Counted from the stretch's first letter, positions 51,079-61,263 are shown. The stretch is 64,000 bases of DNA from Rubripirellula sp. (GCA_965216875.1 OZ244207.1:3232001-3296000); one strand, 5' to 3'. Numbers and translations are program-made. The notes: a model not told the origin generated them from the letters alone.

Positions 51079-51284
51079 CTCCAAGGAAGCTCCGCGGGAG
51101 CGTCGCCCTCCCTGCGGTTCATTCGTCCAATTCGTTTGATTCGTGGTTCACTCGAAATCAATCACACGTCCTTCCTATCTTTCGTGACTTCTCGTGCTTT
51201 TTGTGGCAAGTCTCTCCAAGGAAGCTCCGCGGGAGCGTCGCCCTCCCCGCGGTTCATTCGTGCAATTCGTTTGATTCGTGGTTC
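51079..51284 (+). repeat. Two 71-bp direct repeats (51079-51149, 51214-51284)
   Basis: CTCCAAGGAAGCTCCGCGGGAGCGTCGCCCTCCC(T/C)GCGGTTCATTCGT(C/G)CAATTCGTTTGATTCGTGGTTC, two mismatches, 135-bp period. Confidence 0.9.
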
Positions 51285-52319
51285 TCAATCCCAACTGAGA
51301 CTGCCAGCCGCCTGATACTCCGTCACGCGAGTCTCAAAGAAGTTCTTCTCTTTGGCGAGGTCCATCGTTTCACTCATCCATGGGAACGGGTTGGTCGAAC
51401 CGTATTGCATCGGCAAACCGATCCGTTCCAAGCGGCGATCGGCAATGTGTTGGACGTAGTCACGAAACAACTCCTTGTTCAGTCCCATGATTCCATCCGG
51501 CAAACAATCGGCCGCGTAGTCGAGCTCCAGTTCAACTGCCTGCTTCACTCGATCGATCATCGACTGCTGGAATGCCTCGGTCCATAAGTGCGGGTTCTCA
51601 GCCTTGATCCCGTTGATCAGATCGATACCAAAGTTCAAGTGGATCGTTTCATCGCGGAGGATGTACTGGAACTGCTCGCCAATGCCTGTCATCAGATTTC
51701 GGCGGTGAAAGGAGAGCATCATCACAAAGCCGGTGTAGAAGAAGACACCTTCCATGATCAAGTAGTAACCAATCAGGTTCTTCAAGAACGCTTGTGCGCC
51801 CTCATCGGTCGCCGTCGAGAAATCATGAGACATCACTTCGGCGGTCAGTTCCGTTTCGAACGCGTCTTTGCGCGCGATCGAGGGAACTTCGTGATACATG
51901 TTGAAAACTTCGCCTTCATCGAGCCCCAAACTATCGACCACGTAAAGGAACGTGTGAGAGTGGACCGCTTCCTCGAAAGCTTGCCGCAGCAAGTATTGCC
52001 GACATTCGGCGTTGGTCACGTGCCGAAAAATGGCCAAGACAAGGTTGTTGCCCACCAAACTCTCGGCAGTCGAAAAGAACCCAAGGTTCCTCATGATCAC
52101 GCGACGCTCGGCATCGGTCAGGCGGTCGCTCCGCCAGATCTCGATGTCTTTGGTCATCGGCACTTCGGTTGGCATCCAGTGGTTGGCGCACCCATTCTGG
52201 TAATGCTCCCACGCCCAGTGGTATTTCAAGGGCATCAGCTGGTTGACATCGACTTGGTTGCAATTGATTAAGCGTTTGTCAGAAGCGTCGAATCGTTTTG
52301 GGACAACGGTGGTCGTCAT
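51285..52319 (-). CDS. nrdB: Ribonucleotide reductase beta subunit with class Ic (Mn/Fe)-type residues
   Basis: [57 protein letters not shown]. Confidence 0.93.
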   Translation of the reverse strand: MTTTVVPKRFDASDKRLINCNQVDVNQLMPLKYHWAWEHYQNGCANHWMPTEVPMTKDIEIWRSDRLTDAERRVIMRNLGFFSTAESLVGNNLVLAIFRHVTNAECRQYLLRQAFEEAVHSHTFLYVVDSLGLDEGEVFNMYHEVPSIARKDAFETELTAEVMSHDFSTATDEGAQAFLKNLIGYYLIMEGVFFYTGFVMMLSFHRRNLMTGIGEQFQYILRDETIHLNFGIDLINGIKAENPHLWTEAFQQSMIDRVKQAVELELDYAADCLPDGIMGLNKELFRDYVQHIADRRLERIGLPMQYGSTNPFPWMSETMDLAKEKNFFETRVTEYQAAGSLSWD

Positions 52320-52321
52320 GG

Positions 52322-52603
52322 TTACATCCTTGGGTCAGTGGGTATGGCAATGGTGCTGCGATCACGCAGCCAATGGGCCAGCGCGAGTCGCGAATGGATT
52401 TCAACGGGTCCTTCCAAAACCTGGTCGTCGCAATCAAGCAAACAGATCTGAAAGGGACCATCACGTGAGGGCAGGTCGTATCCGCCCGGTTCAGTCAAAA
52501 CCAACTGGCGTCCATCGGGTTCGGTTCGCACCCATGCACGTGAGATTCCCGGCGAGTGCTCTAGACGGAAACCTCGTTCAATCCAGTTGGCATAGAACCT
52601 CAT
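52322..52603 (-). CDS. Hypothetical 93-aa protein between nrdA and nrdB
   Basis: ORF fills the gap exactly: 3 nt after the nrdA stop and 2 nt before the nrdB start. Confidence 0.65.
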   Translation of the reverse strand: MRFYANWIERGFRLEHSPGISRAWVRTEPDGRQLVLTEPGGYDLPSRDGPFQICLLDCDDQVLEGPVEIHSRLALAHWLRDRSTIAIPTDPRM

Positions 52604-52606
52604 CGA

Positions 52607-55435
52607 TCACTGGCAAGCTTCACAATCGGGATCATCAACGCTGCAAGCCTGCGCGACACGATCAACTCGGATCTCGCTCGACTGGCTTTGCGACTTCATC
52701 CACCGCGGCTGGATGCCGTGTCGATTCACATCAACCGTTGACTTTTCCACCTGAGTCGCGGCCAACGAACGCATGTAGTACGTGGTTTTCAAACCGCACT
52801 TCCACGCGTGTTGGTACATCGCGTCGATCGTCTTTCCACTTGGCTGGGCAATGTAAAGGTTGAGCGATTGCCCCTGATCGATCCACTTCTGGCGTTTCGC
52901 AGCCGCCGAAATCAGCCATTTGGCATCGATCTCGAATGCGGTCGCGAAAAGCTCTTTCACATGACGTGGAAGCCGATCAATCTCGCCCAACGTTCCGTCG
53001 TAGTACTTCAACGCATCGATCATCTCTTCATCCCACAACCCGTGGGATTTCAATGAATCGACAAGCCGGTGATTCGTCTGCGTGAACTCACCGGAAAGGT
53101 TGCTCTTTGAATAGAGCTGTTTGTAGGTTGGCTCGATCGATTGCGAACAGCCAACGATGGTCGAAATCGTGGCCGTAGGAGCAATGGCTAAACAGTTGCT
53201 GTTTCGCATGCCTGAATCAGCAATCGCATCACGAACGACTTGCCAATCCATCGACGCGTTGCGATCGATATCGACAGACTGGCCGCGAGACGCTTCCAGC
53301 AAGTCAAGCGTGTCGAGGGGAAGCAGGCCACGCTCCCATTTGGAGCCAGCGTAGGTTTCGTACTTGCCCCGTTCAGCGGCCAGTTCAGTCGATGCGAGGA
53401 TCGCGTAGTAGCTGATTGCTTCCATGCTGCGATCAGCAAACTCAACCGCCGCGTCGCTGGCAAACGGCATCGCAAGCTCATGCAACGCATCTTGGAACCC
53501 CATCATGCCCAACCCAACCGGGCGGTGCCTCGCATTGGCGTTCTCGGCCTCTTGAGTCGGATAGAAGTTGATATCGATCACGTTGTCCAACATCCGCATC
53601 GCTGTCGAAACGGTCTCTCGCAACTTCCGGTGGTCAAGTTCCCCGTCAACGAGATGCTCGGCAAGATTGACGCTTCCCAGGTTGCACACAGCCGTCTCGT
53701 CTTCACTCGTGTTGAGCAAGATTTCAGTGCAAAGGTTGCTGCTATGGACAACTCCCACGTGGTCTTGGGGCGAACGGAGATTGGAGGGGTCCTTGAACGT
53801 CACCCAAGGATGCCCCGTCTCGAACAAACGCGTCAGCAGCTTTCTCCAGAGTTCGACGGCCGGCATCGTGCGATGCTGCTTGATGTTCCCGTTGGCGGCT
53901 TCCGATTCATAGCGCTCATAACGAGCGACGAATTCGGCACCAAACGAATCATGTAGATCAGACACTTCATCGGGGCTAAAGAGCGTCCAATCTTCGCCAC
54001 GTTGCACTCGCTGCATGAACAGGTCCGGAATCCAAGCGGCGGTATGCATGTCGTGGGTTCGCCGCCGGTCGTCACCGGTGTTCTTGCGCAAGTCGATGAA
54101 CTCCACAAAGTCCAGATGCCAAGGTTCCATGTAAGCACAGACTGCTCCCTTTCGCTTGCCTCCTTGGTTCACGGCGACGGCCGCGTCGTTGACAATTTTC
54201 AGAAAAGGAATCACACCTTGGCTTTCCCCGTTCGTGCCGCGAATGTGAGCTCCGGTGGCGCGGACGTTGGTCCAGTCATTGCCAAGACCGCCTGCCCACT
54301 TCGAAAGCATCGCGTTGTCTCCGATGCTCTTAAAAATGTGCTGCAAGTCGTCTTGGATCGTCGTCAGGTAGCAGCTACTCAATTGCGGGTGTGGCGTTCC
54401 TGAGTTGAACAATGTTGGTGTTGCGCTGGTGAACCGTAGCGATGAAAGCAGCTCATAGAACTCGATCGCTCGCTCGGTGCGGTTTTCCTTTTCGGCGGTC
54501 GCCAACCCCATCGCGACGCGCATCCAAAAGTACTGTGGCGTCTCAATCCTGCGGCCGTCGATATGCAACAAATAGCGATCATAGATCGTTTGTACCCCGA
54601 GGTATCGAAACGACTCGTCAAGCTGCGGCTTGAGTGCTTCGGAGAGTTTCGTGAGGTCGAACGCACGCAGCTCTTCTGACAAACGCTCGTGCCGGATCCC
54701 TTCGATCACGTAGTGCTCGAACTGGTCGCGGTAGGTGCCGATAAACCGATCATCAAACTGAGTCTTCCCGAGTGATTGACGATAGATGATCGACCGCTGA
54801 AGTTGCGCTGCAAGTTGGTCATAGGCTGGATCGCGTTCGATCCGACTGCGAGCGGACAAGACAAGCGCGCGTGTCACCTCTTCGGGCGTCATCCCATCAA
54901 ATGCCCCGCGAACAACCTCTTGCACAATCGCGTCGCAATCGACTTCCGGCAAATCAGCGGCGGGGCATTTTGCGAGGAATCGACTCAAGCGTCGCGCGTC
55001 GAATGGGACTCGAACTCCAGGTTCGAGCTCGACGTGGATGGAATGTGCCGATGACGAATCGTCGAGTGAATCGAGCCCCGATTCAGTGGCCCGAATCGTG
55101 CGAATCCGGGCGTGTTCGGTGCGGTAAAGAATGTAGCGACGAGCAACATGAAAGTGCTCGAGTTTCATCAGTCCGATTTCAACGACATCCTGAATTTGCT
55201 CGACCGACAACGCATCGTTCAACCCTGGTTGTGTTGCAATCCGTCGAACCTGACCCGCGATCTGTTCAACGTCTTTTTGAATGTCGGCGGCAAGCGGTTG
55301 CCCGTCAGCCAAGTTCAATTCAGCACGAAACGCCTTGGCAATCGCCTGCTCAACCCGCGCACCGTCAAATTCCACTTCACGTCCATCCCGCTTGCGAACC
55401 ACCGGCGCGCAGGAAGCATCCATTGACCGTTCCAT
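52607..55435 (-). CDS. nrdA: Class I ribonucleotide reductase alpha subunit with ATP-cone region
   Basis: VRKRDG ATP cone, [53 protein letters not shown]-terminal [16 protein letters not shown] before ATG 55435. Confidence 0.96.
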   Translation of the reverse strand: MERSMDASCAPVVRKRDGREVEFDGARVEQAIAKAFRAELNLADGQPLAADIQKDVEQIAGQVRRIATQPGLNDALSVEQIQDVVEIGLMKLEHFHVARRYILYRTEHARIRTIRATESGLDSLDDSSSAHSIHVELEPGVRVPFDARRLSRFLAKCPAADLPEVDCDAIVQEVVRGAFDGMTPEEVTRALVLSARSRIERDPAYDQLAAQLQRSIIYRQSLGKTQFDDRFIGTYRDQFEHYVIEGIRHERLSEELRAFDLTKLSEALKPQLDESFRYLGVQTIYDRYLLHIDGRRIETPQYFWMRVAMGLATAEKENRTERAIEFYELLSSLRFTSATPTLFNSGTPHPQLSSCYLTTIQDDLQHIFKSIGDNAMLSKWAGGLGNDWTNVRATGAHIRGTNGESQGVIPFLKIVNDAAVAVNQGGKRKGAVCAYMEPWHLDFVEFIDLRKNTGDDRRRTHDMHTAAWIPDLFMQRVQRGEDWTLFSPDEVSDLHDSFGAEFVARYERYESEAANGNIKQHRTMPAVELWRKLLTRLFETGHPWVTFKDPSNLRSPQDHVGVVHSSNLCTEILLNTSEDETAVCNLGSVNLAEHLVDGELDHRKLRETVSTAMRMLDNVIDINFYPTQEAENANARHRPVGLGMMGFQDALHELAMPFASDAAVEFADRSMEAISYYAILASTELAAERGKYETYAGSKWERGLLPLDTLDLLEASRGQSVDIDRNASMDWQVVRDAIADSGMRNSNCLAIAPTATISTIVGCSQSIEPTYKQLYSKSNLSGEFTQTNHRLVDSLKSHGLWDEEMIDALKYYDGTLGEIDRLPRHVKELFATAFEIDAKWLISAAAKRQKWIDQGQSLNLYIAQPSGKTIDAMYQHAWKCGLKTTYYMRSLAATQVEKSTVDVNRHGIQPRWMKSQSQSSEIRVDRVAQACSVDDPDCEACQ

Positions 55436-55647
55436 CGAGAAACTCCGTTCATTTGCCGACGCGTGTTCGCGCCAGTGCCATTCCAAGTGCAAGTGCCGAT
55501 CACGGTCGAGCTCACGCATCCCATCGCTGGCGAATGGGTTTTGATGTTGCGAACACGCACGCGAAAAACAGGAAAGACGACATCAACATCAAGTCAAACG
55601 TCATCGCAACGATTGCCCCAATCCAAGAGGGCGCCAAAATCGTCTAT

Positions 55648-55848
55648 TTCGCGGTAGGTCTTCTGACTCACTGCCGGACAACGTTCACTGCCTTCTCATT
55701 CATGCGAGATGAACAATGGCACTTCAAAAGAAGAAACGTTGATTTGCAACCGAAGTTGCAGCAGTTCACAGCGGCTGGACCGTCCCGGATTCACACCGGA
55801 GTTCCCTGTTCATGGGTCATGCAGAAGCATGCCCATCACCACGAACGG
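55648..55848 (-). promoter_or_regulatory. Cobalamin riboswitch upstream of nrdA
   Basis: Minus strand AACAGGGAACTCCGGTGTGAATCCGGGACGGTCCAGCCGCTGTG...GCCATTG...GAGAAGGC...GAGTCAGAAGACCTACC. Confidence 0.92.
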
Positions 55849-55852
55849 TAGC

Positions 55853-55880
55853 AATCTACCAATCTCAACACCGCTGTCAA
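55853..55880 (-). promoter_or_regulatory. Candidate sigma-70 promoter for the riboswitch-nrd transcript
   Basis: TTGACA-16nt-TAGATT immediately upstream of the riboswitch. Confidence 0.55.
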
Positions 55881-55903
55881 TCAGATTGCGTGACAAAGCA
55901 TTC

Positions 55904-56010
55904 ACCCTCCCGCTTACGGGAGGGGCGGACGCAAAGTCCGGGGAGGGAATGACGTCCAAAAACACAAACCCTCTCCGGGCCTGAGTGCCCGACTCTCCCA
56001 AGGGAGAGTG
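55904..56010. repeat. Structured ~100-bp repeat, family B copy 1
   Basis: ACCCTCCC..GGGAGGG ... CCGGGCCTGAG.GCCCGACTCTCCCAAGGGAGAGTG; second copy at 58401-58500. Confidence 0.85.
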
Positions 56011-56019
56011 TTTTTGAAC

Positions 56020-56219
56020 GCAACTTCTTGCGCTGTTTACGCGGTGCCCGTGAGCCGCTGGCCGTCAGGCCTCGGGCCCTTGCCGACGCGCAGCTGGTGT
56101 GAAGGCGAGTAAGGCCCGGCCGCTTACGCGATCGCGGCTCCGTTGTGTGAACTTGGGCAAGGATTTCTGCTGAAGGAAGCGCAATTGCAATCCGTAACGC
56201 TAGCGCGTGCGGCTCACGA
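56020..56219 (+). repeat. MITE-like repeat copy
   Basis: GCAACTTCTTGCGC...CCCGTGAGCCGCTGGCCGTCAGGCCTCGGGCCCTTGCC...AACTTGGGCAAGGAT...GGCTCACGA; colinear with 58081-58270. Confidence 0.85.
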
Positions 56220-56224
56220 GTCGA

Positions 56225-56455
56225 TTACCGGGCTCGGGAAACTTCTCCGGCCGCTTGGCGATACCACGAGACCGTCCTCTGCAGATGGTCGGCCCCGTAC
56301 ATCTTCTTGAACTCCTTCGTCCTGGGATTCGTTGCGTCCTGCAACTCCTTCAAGCGAGCTTCGACAAAGGTGGGCGTCAGCTGAATCCTGCATCGCACTT
56401 CGATGCAATGGCGCCACTGCTCGTATGACTCCGGTATGACACTCTCGCCACTCAT
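56225..56455 (-). CDS. Small hypothetical protein (76 aa)
   Basis: GGGGAG SD; IPESYEQWRHCIEVRCRIQLT...MYGADHL...W; candidate operator sites upstream. Confidence 0.75.
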   Translation of the reverse strand: MSGESVIPESYEQWRHCIEVRCRIQLTPTFVEARLKELQDATNPRTKEFKKMYGADHLQRTVSWYRQAAGEVSRAR

Positions 56456-56543
56456 CTTTATCGCTCCCCAACAATTCCACGGGTCGAACTGACATCGACT
56501 CATCGCGTTTGGGCAAAGAGCCGGAATACAAGCAAACCCACTC

Positions 56544-56611
56544 TTGCAATCATTGTGCAAATAGACCAATCGCGATCTCGCCCGTCAACCGCAGTTGCAA
56601 ACGCTTTGCAA
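56544..56611. promoter_or_regulatory. Two TTGCA-N7-TGCAA palindromes (56544-56560, 56595-56611), candidate Fur/Zur-family operators
   Basis: TTGCAATCATTGTGCAA and TTGCAAACGCTTTGCAA; same motif at 61264-61280. Confidence 0.6.
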
Positions 56612-56768
56612 GAGCTCCTCAGGCGTCATGTCGCGTGGATCACACCCAACAACCATTTGAGCTGGCTGCGCTTTGGTATTGTCCGTCGCAACCAGCCCCG
56701 GGTAACTTGCCGATGGACGAGCGCTGCAGCCTTCGCAGCCCAAAACTCTGGCGATTATCCCCGCAGGC

Positions 56769-58028
56769 TTGGTCGTGCATCGAGACAATCCCCGTCATTT
56801 GCGTTCCGCGCATTTCAAACGCACTGCATTGCTGATTCTGACCGCCTTGGTGCTCGGCTCCATCATCGGCTCGGCCGCTGTGACTCAGGCGTGCCCGTTT
56901 TGCACCTCCCTGCCACGCACTTTGAGCGACGATCTCGAGGAATCAACCGCAGCCGTGATTGCGCGGTGCGAATCGATCGCCGCGGATCCAGACGGTTTTC
57001 ATGTTTGCAAGATGCGCATCCTCGAAGTGATGAAGGGTTCGCCAAAGCTGAAGGAATCGGTCGTCGAAGTCATCACGCTCGACCCACTCTCGAAAGAGAC
57101 AACCTTCTGGATGGCGGGCTATGGCGAGACCTCGACGCAGTGGGCGACACCACAAGCGATCACAAACGAGGGTATCACCTACCTTCGCAGTTTGGGTGAC
57201 CTTCCCGGCGAAGGCCCGCAACGACTCGAACACTTCCTCCGATTCCTTCAGCATCCAGACAAACTGGTCGCCGATGACGCGTACAACGAGTTTGCCGAAG
57301 CAACGCTCGAAGACATTGCAGGCTTGCAAGACAATCTCGATCGGCGATGGGTCATCGCTCAACTCCAAGACACATCGCTGCCGCGACATCGCAGGCGGCT
57401 GTGCTGGACCTTTTTAAGTCAATGCGGATTACCGACCGATGCGGGCCTGTTCGATGACTCGCTCAAAAAACGCCAGGCTGACCCGCTATTTGATCCGGGC
57501 ATGGACGCTGCGATCGCATGCTACATCACACTTGGTGGCGAAGCGTTATTGCTTCGTATTGAACGAGACTACTTGTCCAACCGCGAGGCGAGTTACGTCG
57601 ATGCGTTTGCGGCGGTCAGCGCTATCCGGGTCCATGGCACCGAATTAGATGTCTTTTCCCGCGAGCGATTATCAAAGTCGTTGCGGCAACTCTTGCAGCG
57701 TCCTGAACTTGCCGACCTGGTCATTCCTGATCTCGCGCGTTGGGGCGATTGGTCGGCGATCGACCGCATGGAAGAACTGTTCAAGTTCCCAACAGAAAAG
57801 AACGCGATGCTACGCCCAGCGACGGTTCTCTACCTGAAGAACTGCCCACTGCCATCTGCCGCCGAAACGCTCGATCGATTGCGGGCGATCGACGCCAAGA
57901 CAGTGCGTATGGCTGAGTCGTCGATGCTGATGCACTCCGGCGTCGCCTCGATCCCAGTCCCGCCACCCGACATCGAAGCTCAAGAGCCAACCGAGTCTGC
58001 GGTGCCACGAGTTGCCGAGAAGCAATAG
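56769..58028 (+). CDS. Secreted hypothetical protein with CPFC motif after the signal peptide
   Basis: Hydrophobic signal ending TQA-CPFC, helical C-terminal part; start uncertain. Confidence 0.75.
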   Translation: MVVHRDNPRHLRSAHFKRTALLILTALVLGSIIGSAAVTQACPFCTSLPRTLSDDLEESTAAVIARCESIAADPDGFHVCKMRILEVMKGSPKLKESVVEVITLDPLSKETTFWMAGYGETSTQWATPQAITNEGITYLRSLGDLPGEGPQRLEHFLRFLQHPDKLVADDAYNEFAEATLEDIAGLQDNLDRRWVIAQLQDTSLPRHRRRLCWTFLSQCGLPTDAGLFDDSLKKRQADPLFDPGMDAAIACYITLGGEALLLRIERDYLSNREASYVDAFAAVSAIRVHGTELDVFSRERLSKSLRQLLQRPELADLVIPDLARWGDWSAIDRMEELFKFPTEKNAMLRPATVLYLKNCPLPSAAETLDRLRAIDAKTVRMAESSMLMHSGVASIPVPPPDIEAQEPTESAVPRVAEKQ

Positions 58029-58029
58029 A

Positions 58030-58270
58030 TCGTGAGCCCAGCGCGCTAGTACTGCGGATTGCAATCTCGGTGCCACAAGAGCAACTTCTTGCGCAGGTTG
58101 GGCAGTGCCCGTGAGCCGCTGGCCGTGAGGCCTCGGGCCCTTGCCAACGCGCAGTCAGTGTAAGGCGATTAAGGCCCGGCCGCTTACGCGATCGCGGCTC
58201 AGTCTCGGGAACTTGGGCAAGGATCTCTGCTGGTGGAAGCGCAACTACAATCTGTAGCACTAGCTTCGCG
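58030..58270. repeat. MITE-like repeat copy (58081-58270) preceded by an inverted end fragment (58030-58065)
   Basis: 58030-58065 resembles the reverse complement of 56184-56219; 58081-58270 aligns with 56020 onward. Confidence 0.8.
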
Positions 58271-58400
58271 CCTTTGCCCGTATCAGCCGCAACGCGATAG
58301 CGTGCGGTTCTTGCTGCCTGTCCCACATTCAAAAACCGCGAGCTATCGCTCTGCGGCTGATGTTCAAGCGCGTGGTATCATCCACAGTTCGACAGGAACT

Positions 58401-58500
58401 ACCCTCCCACTTGTGGGAGGGTCGGGCGCTAAAGCCCGGGGAGGGCCGTTCGAGGTGCCCCTCACCGGGCCTGAGAGCCCGACTCTCCCAAGGGAGAGTG
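58401..58500. repeat. Structured repeat, family B copy 2
   Basis: Shares both ends with 55904-56010, including identical GCCCGACTCTCCCAAGGGAGAGTG. Confidence 0.85.
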
Positions 58501-58518
58501 CCAGCGGGATGCATGACT

Positions 58519-58746
58519 TCAATCGTCGCTGACTGCCAACAGCGCGGCGATGTTGGCCAGGAGCCATGCTGAGGCCGCAGCCAGCTGCAACCAATCTCCG
58601 GTCGAGCTGATCCCGTACGTAAAAACGCTTGCGATCCAACAAACGCTCGCAACGGTCTGCCCCAGCCATTCAATGCTGAGCGCTCGTTCGATCCGGGCTT
58701 GCCGTGAGCCGGGTGCGATCACAACGTCTGCTTCATCGCTCAACAT
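58519..58746 (-). CDS. Small two-TM membrane protein
   Basis: EWLGQTVASVCWIASVF...GDWLQLAAASAWLLANIA; start overlaps the upstream stop. Confidence 0.65.
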   Translation of the reverse strand: MLSDEADVVIAPGSRQARIERALSIEWLGQTVASVCWIASVFTYGISSTGDWLQLAAASAWLLANIAALLAVSDD

Positions 58747-59870
58747 GACGCACACTCCTCACCACAGCAGGACAAATCATCAAGGTACATTCCCCATTTG
58801 CGATAGGTCTCCAGCTCTTCGGCTGGCAGCCCAAGCGAAGTCGCGATCGCCTTGGCAACGACTGCGAATCGCTGTCGATATTTGAAGATAAAGCAGAAGA
58901 CATGATTGTCGTGACGCACCGCCGGGCCGCACAGAAACAGTCCCGGCACGACCGTGGACTCATCTTTTTCACTTAGCAGCGGAAAGCCGTCCTCGCGTGC
59001 CTCGAATAGGTCTGCGACCAAACGGTGACTCCCCTCAAATCCGCCAGCTAATAGCGGCTGCGTCGGCGTGTGAAACCATCGCCCATCGAGTGCCTTGACT
59101 TCGTAGACATCATCAAACTTCTTTACCGAAGCAATCGGCGTGTGCGGGAACAGCTCAACGTGCTGTTCAAACCATTCCTCTCGCATCCGCTCAAGCGAGT
59201 AGGTCGACAACGAAATACTCGGATCAGAGCTTTCACCTTTCCACGCACAACCTTTGTCGAACAATCTCACGCGCCGATCGTGATAGGAAAGGTGGTAGGC
59301 CGCGTCGACACCACTCTCGTAGCCTCCGATAATGAGGAACTCATCCCCTTCCAGATCTCCGTAACTCGCGATGGTCGCGGTGTGCCGGCAGAGCTCACTT
59401 CCGGTGAAACCATTGCGTCGCGGGTACTGAAACTCGCCCGCCGCCCAAATCACGTGCTTCGCACGAAGCGTTTCCTGAGCCGTATCGACACGAAAGTCGT
59501 CGCCCACCTTGCTGACTCGCCGCACATCGGTTTGCTCGCGAACGGGAAGCTTGAAGAACTCGGCAACACCGCGCAAATGCGAAGCGTATTCTTCGCCTGT
59601 CGGATGTTCGACCTCGAGGCTGAATGCGGGTGAAACGCCGACGGCGATGGAATTCAAATCCAACATCCCAATCGAATTCGATGGAAACGACGGCGTGATG
59701 AACCGCGTCTCGGCCGGCCAAGCGGCAAACGAAGCGCCGACCGTATCCCGTTCCAGCACGACGAAGTCTTCGATCCCAGCGTGCCGCAGCGCCACCGAGA
59801 CGCCAACGCCAGCCGCGCCGCCGCCGATGACCACCACGTCATGGGAATTCTGTTTGGCAGCGCCACTCAT
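58740..59870 (-). CDS. NAD(P)/FAD-dependent oxidoreductase with Cys-rich tail
   Basis: VVIGGGAAG, IIGGYESGVD, FCFIFKYRQRF, tail DDLSCCGEECASC; 4-nt overlap with the COG0523 gene. Confidence 0.88.
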   Translation of the reverse strand: MSGAAKQNSHDVVVIGGGAAGVGVSVALRHAGIEDFVVLERDTVGASFAAWPAETRFITPSFPSNSIGMLDLNSIAVGVSPAFSLEVEHPTGEEYASHLRGVAEFFKLPVREQTDVRRVSKVGDDFRVDTAQETLRAKHVIWAAGEFQYPRRNGFTGSELCRHTATIASYGDLEGDEFLIIGGYESGVDAAYHLSYHDRRVRLFDKGCAWKGESSDPSISLSTYSLERMREEWFEQHVELFPHTPIASVKKFDDVYEVKALDGRWFHTPTQPLLAGGFEGSHRLVADLFEAREDGFPLLSEKDESTVVPGLFLCGPAVRHDNHVFCFIFKYRQRFAVVAKAIATSLGLPAEELETYRKWGMYLDDLSCCGEECASC

Positions 59871-61132
59871 CGCAAAGCCTCAGCCATGTCATCATCCGTT
59901 TCCAATTCGATCGGCGGCAGCGGATCTTCGAACTGCGCCCAAGCATCCGGCCCTTGCGCGAACTCGGCGTCGGTCAACAGGCATTCGTCCAAAATGTTCT
60001 CAATCCTTAGCTGCTCCATCCCTTGGCCGATAAACACCACTTGCTGATGTCGGTCGCCATGTTCGCCAGCAAAACTGGAGCGAATTTCCTGCCGCGCCTC
60101 CTCATCCTCTGGCCATTCTTCGTCGGGCGCGGCGGCCCACCAGAAGCCTGCAGGATGCATGCGAATCGAACACCCAGCCTGCGACCAGTCGTAGGCCCAC
60201 GCGTTTCGCGAGGCGAACCACATCAGACCTTTGCTTCTAAGCACGCCTGCGAGCAGTCCCTCGGTCATGTCGCCTTCGAGCGCCTCGGTCAATCGCTTTG
60301 GATGGAAGGGGCGATCACGTCGGTAGACGAAGTTTGAGATCCCATACTCTTCGGTCTCGGTCTCCTCCTCACCACGCGGCACCGCCAACCACTGCGGCAT
60401 CGCCTCTGCTTCAGCAAGCTTGAACCGGCCTGTCCCAAGCACGTTTGACAGCGGGACGCGACTCTCCGTCGAGTGCAGAATCTCCGCGGCGGGGTTCAAT
60501 CGCCGAATGATTTGATCGAGTTGCTCTAGCTCGTAGGGCGAGACCAAATCGGTTTTGTTGATGATCACCACATTGGCAAACTCGACTTGATCGACCAACA
60601 AGTCAACGATGTTGCGGTCGTCTTCTTCGCTGAGCCCCATTCGCCGGTCGGTGAGATCATCCCATGACCCAAAGTCCTTCATGAAATTGCCCGCGTCGAC
60701 AACCGTCACCATCGTGTCGAGGTCGGCGAGATTCGAAAGACTGCTTCCTTCCTCATCCTCAAACGTAAAGGTCTCGGCAACCGGTAGCGGTTCGCTGATT
60801 CCGGTCGACTCGATCAACAGGTAATCAAACTTGCCAGCACGAGCCAAGCGAGCGACTTCGATCAGCAGGTCTTCTCGCAGAGTACAACAGATACAACCGT
60901 TGGACATCTCGACCAACTGCTCTTCGGTCCGTGATAGGTCCGCTCCACCGTCACGCACCAGAGCGGCGTCGATATTGACTTCGCTCATGTCGTTGACGAT
61001 GACCGCAACGCGCATTCCCTCACGATTGGCGAGGATGTGATTGAGCAGGGTTGTCTTCCCGGCGCCCAAGAAACCGCTCAACACGGTCACCGGCAGCAGA
61101 TTCGGAACGTCGGGCGAAAACGGCTGATTCAT
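59867..61132 (-). CDS. COG0523 (CobW/ZigA-like) metallochaperone GTPase
   Basis: VTVLSGFLGAGKTT, VIVND, NGCICCTLREDL, IESTG, NKTD, CobW_C-like RSKG; GGAG before ATG 61132. Confidence 0.93.
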   Translation of the reverse strand: MNQPFSPDVPNLLPVTVLSGFLGAGKTTLLNHILANREGMRVAVIVNDMSEVNIDAALVRDGGADLSRTEEQLVEMSNGCICCTLREDLLIEVARLARAGKFDYLLIESTGISEPLPVAETFTFEDEEGSSLSNLADLDTMVTVVDAGNFMKDFGSWDDLTDRRMGLSEEDDRNIVDLLVDQVEFANVVIINKTDLVSPYELEQLDQIIRRLNPAAEILHSTESRVPLSNVLGTGRFKLAEAEAMPQWLAVPRGEEETETEEYGISNFVYRRDRPFHPKRLTEALEGDMTEGLLAGVLRSKGLMWFASRNAWAYDWSQAGCSIRMHPAGFWWAAAPDEEWPEDEEARQEIRSSFAGEHGDRHQQVVFIGQGMEQLRIENILDECLLTDAEFAQGPDAWAQFEDPLPPIELETDDDMAEALR

Positions 61133-61263
61133 TTTGATCTCCAACAACAGGCGACGAGCAACACGATCGCCTGAGTAGATGCATAGAAAAAACGACTCTT
61201 CGAGCCGTCTCAGGGAGCAACCAGTGGAGCCTCCCCACCGGCAAGATCGCAATTTAACTACAT

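Noticed and set aside
51079..51284. CRISPR array
   Set aside because: Only two 71-bp units, related to dispersed REP-like motifs, and no cas genes.
49975..51290. Prophage or integrative element at the tRNA
   Set aside because: No integrase, no phage structural genes and no duplicated tRNA 3' end seen.
55436..55650. NrdR boxes or an intein in nrdA
   Set aside because: No match to the NrdR consensus in the leader, and no intein-sized insertion or splice motifs in the protein.
55743..55760. Fourth TTGCA operator inside the nrd riboswitch
   Set aside because: Spacing differs from the other three, and it is better explained as a riboswitch stem.
14864..58028. Genome-wide reassignment of UAG
   Set aside because: Full-length genes end in TAG (14866, 15399, 38796, 45647, 49351, 58028), and I saw no other conserved gene needing UAG read-through.
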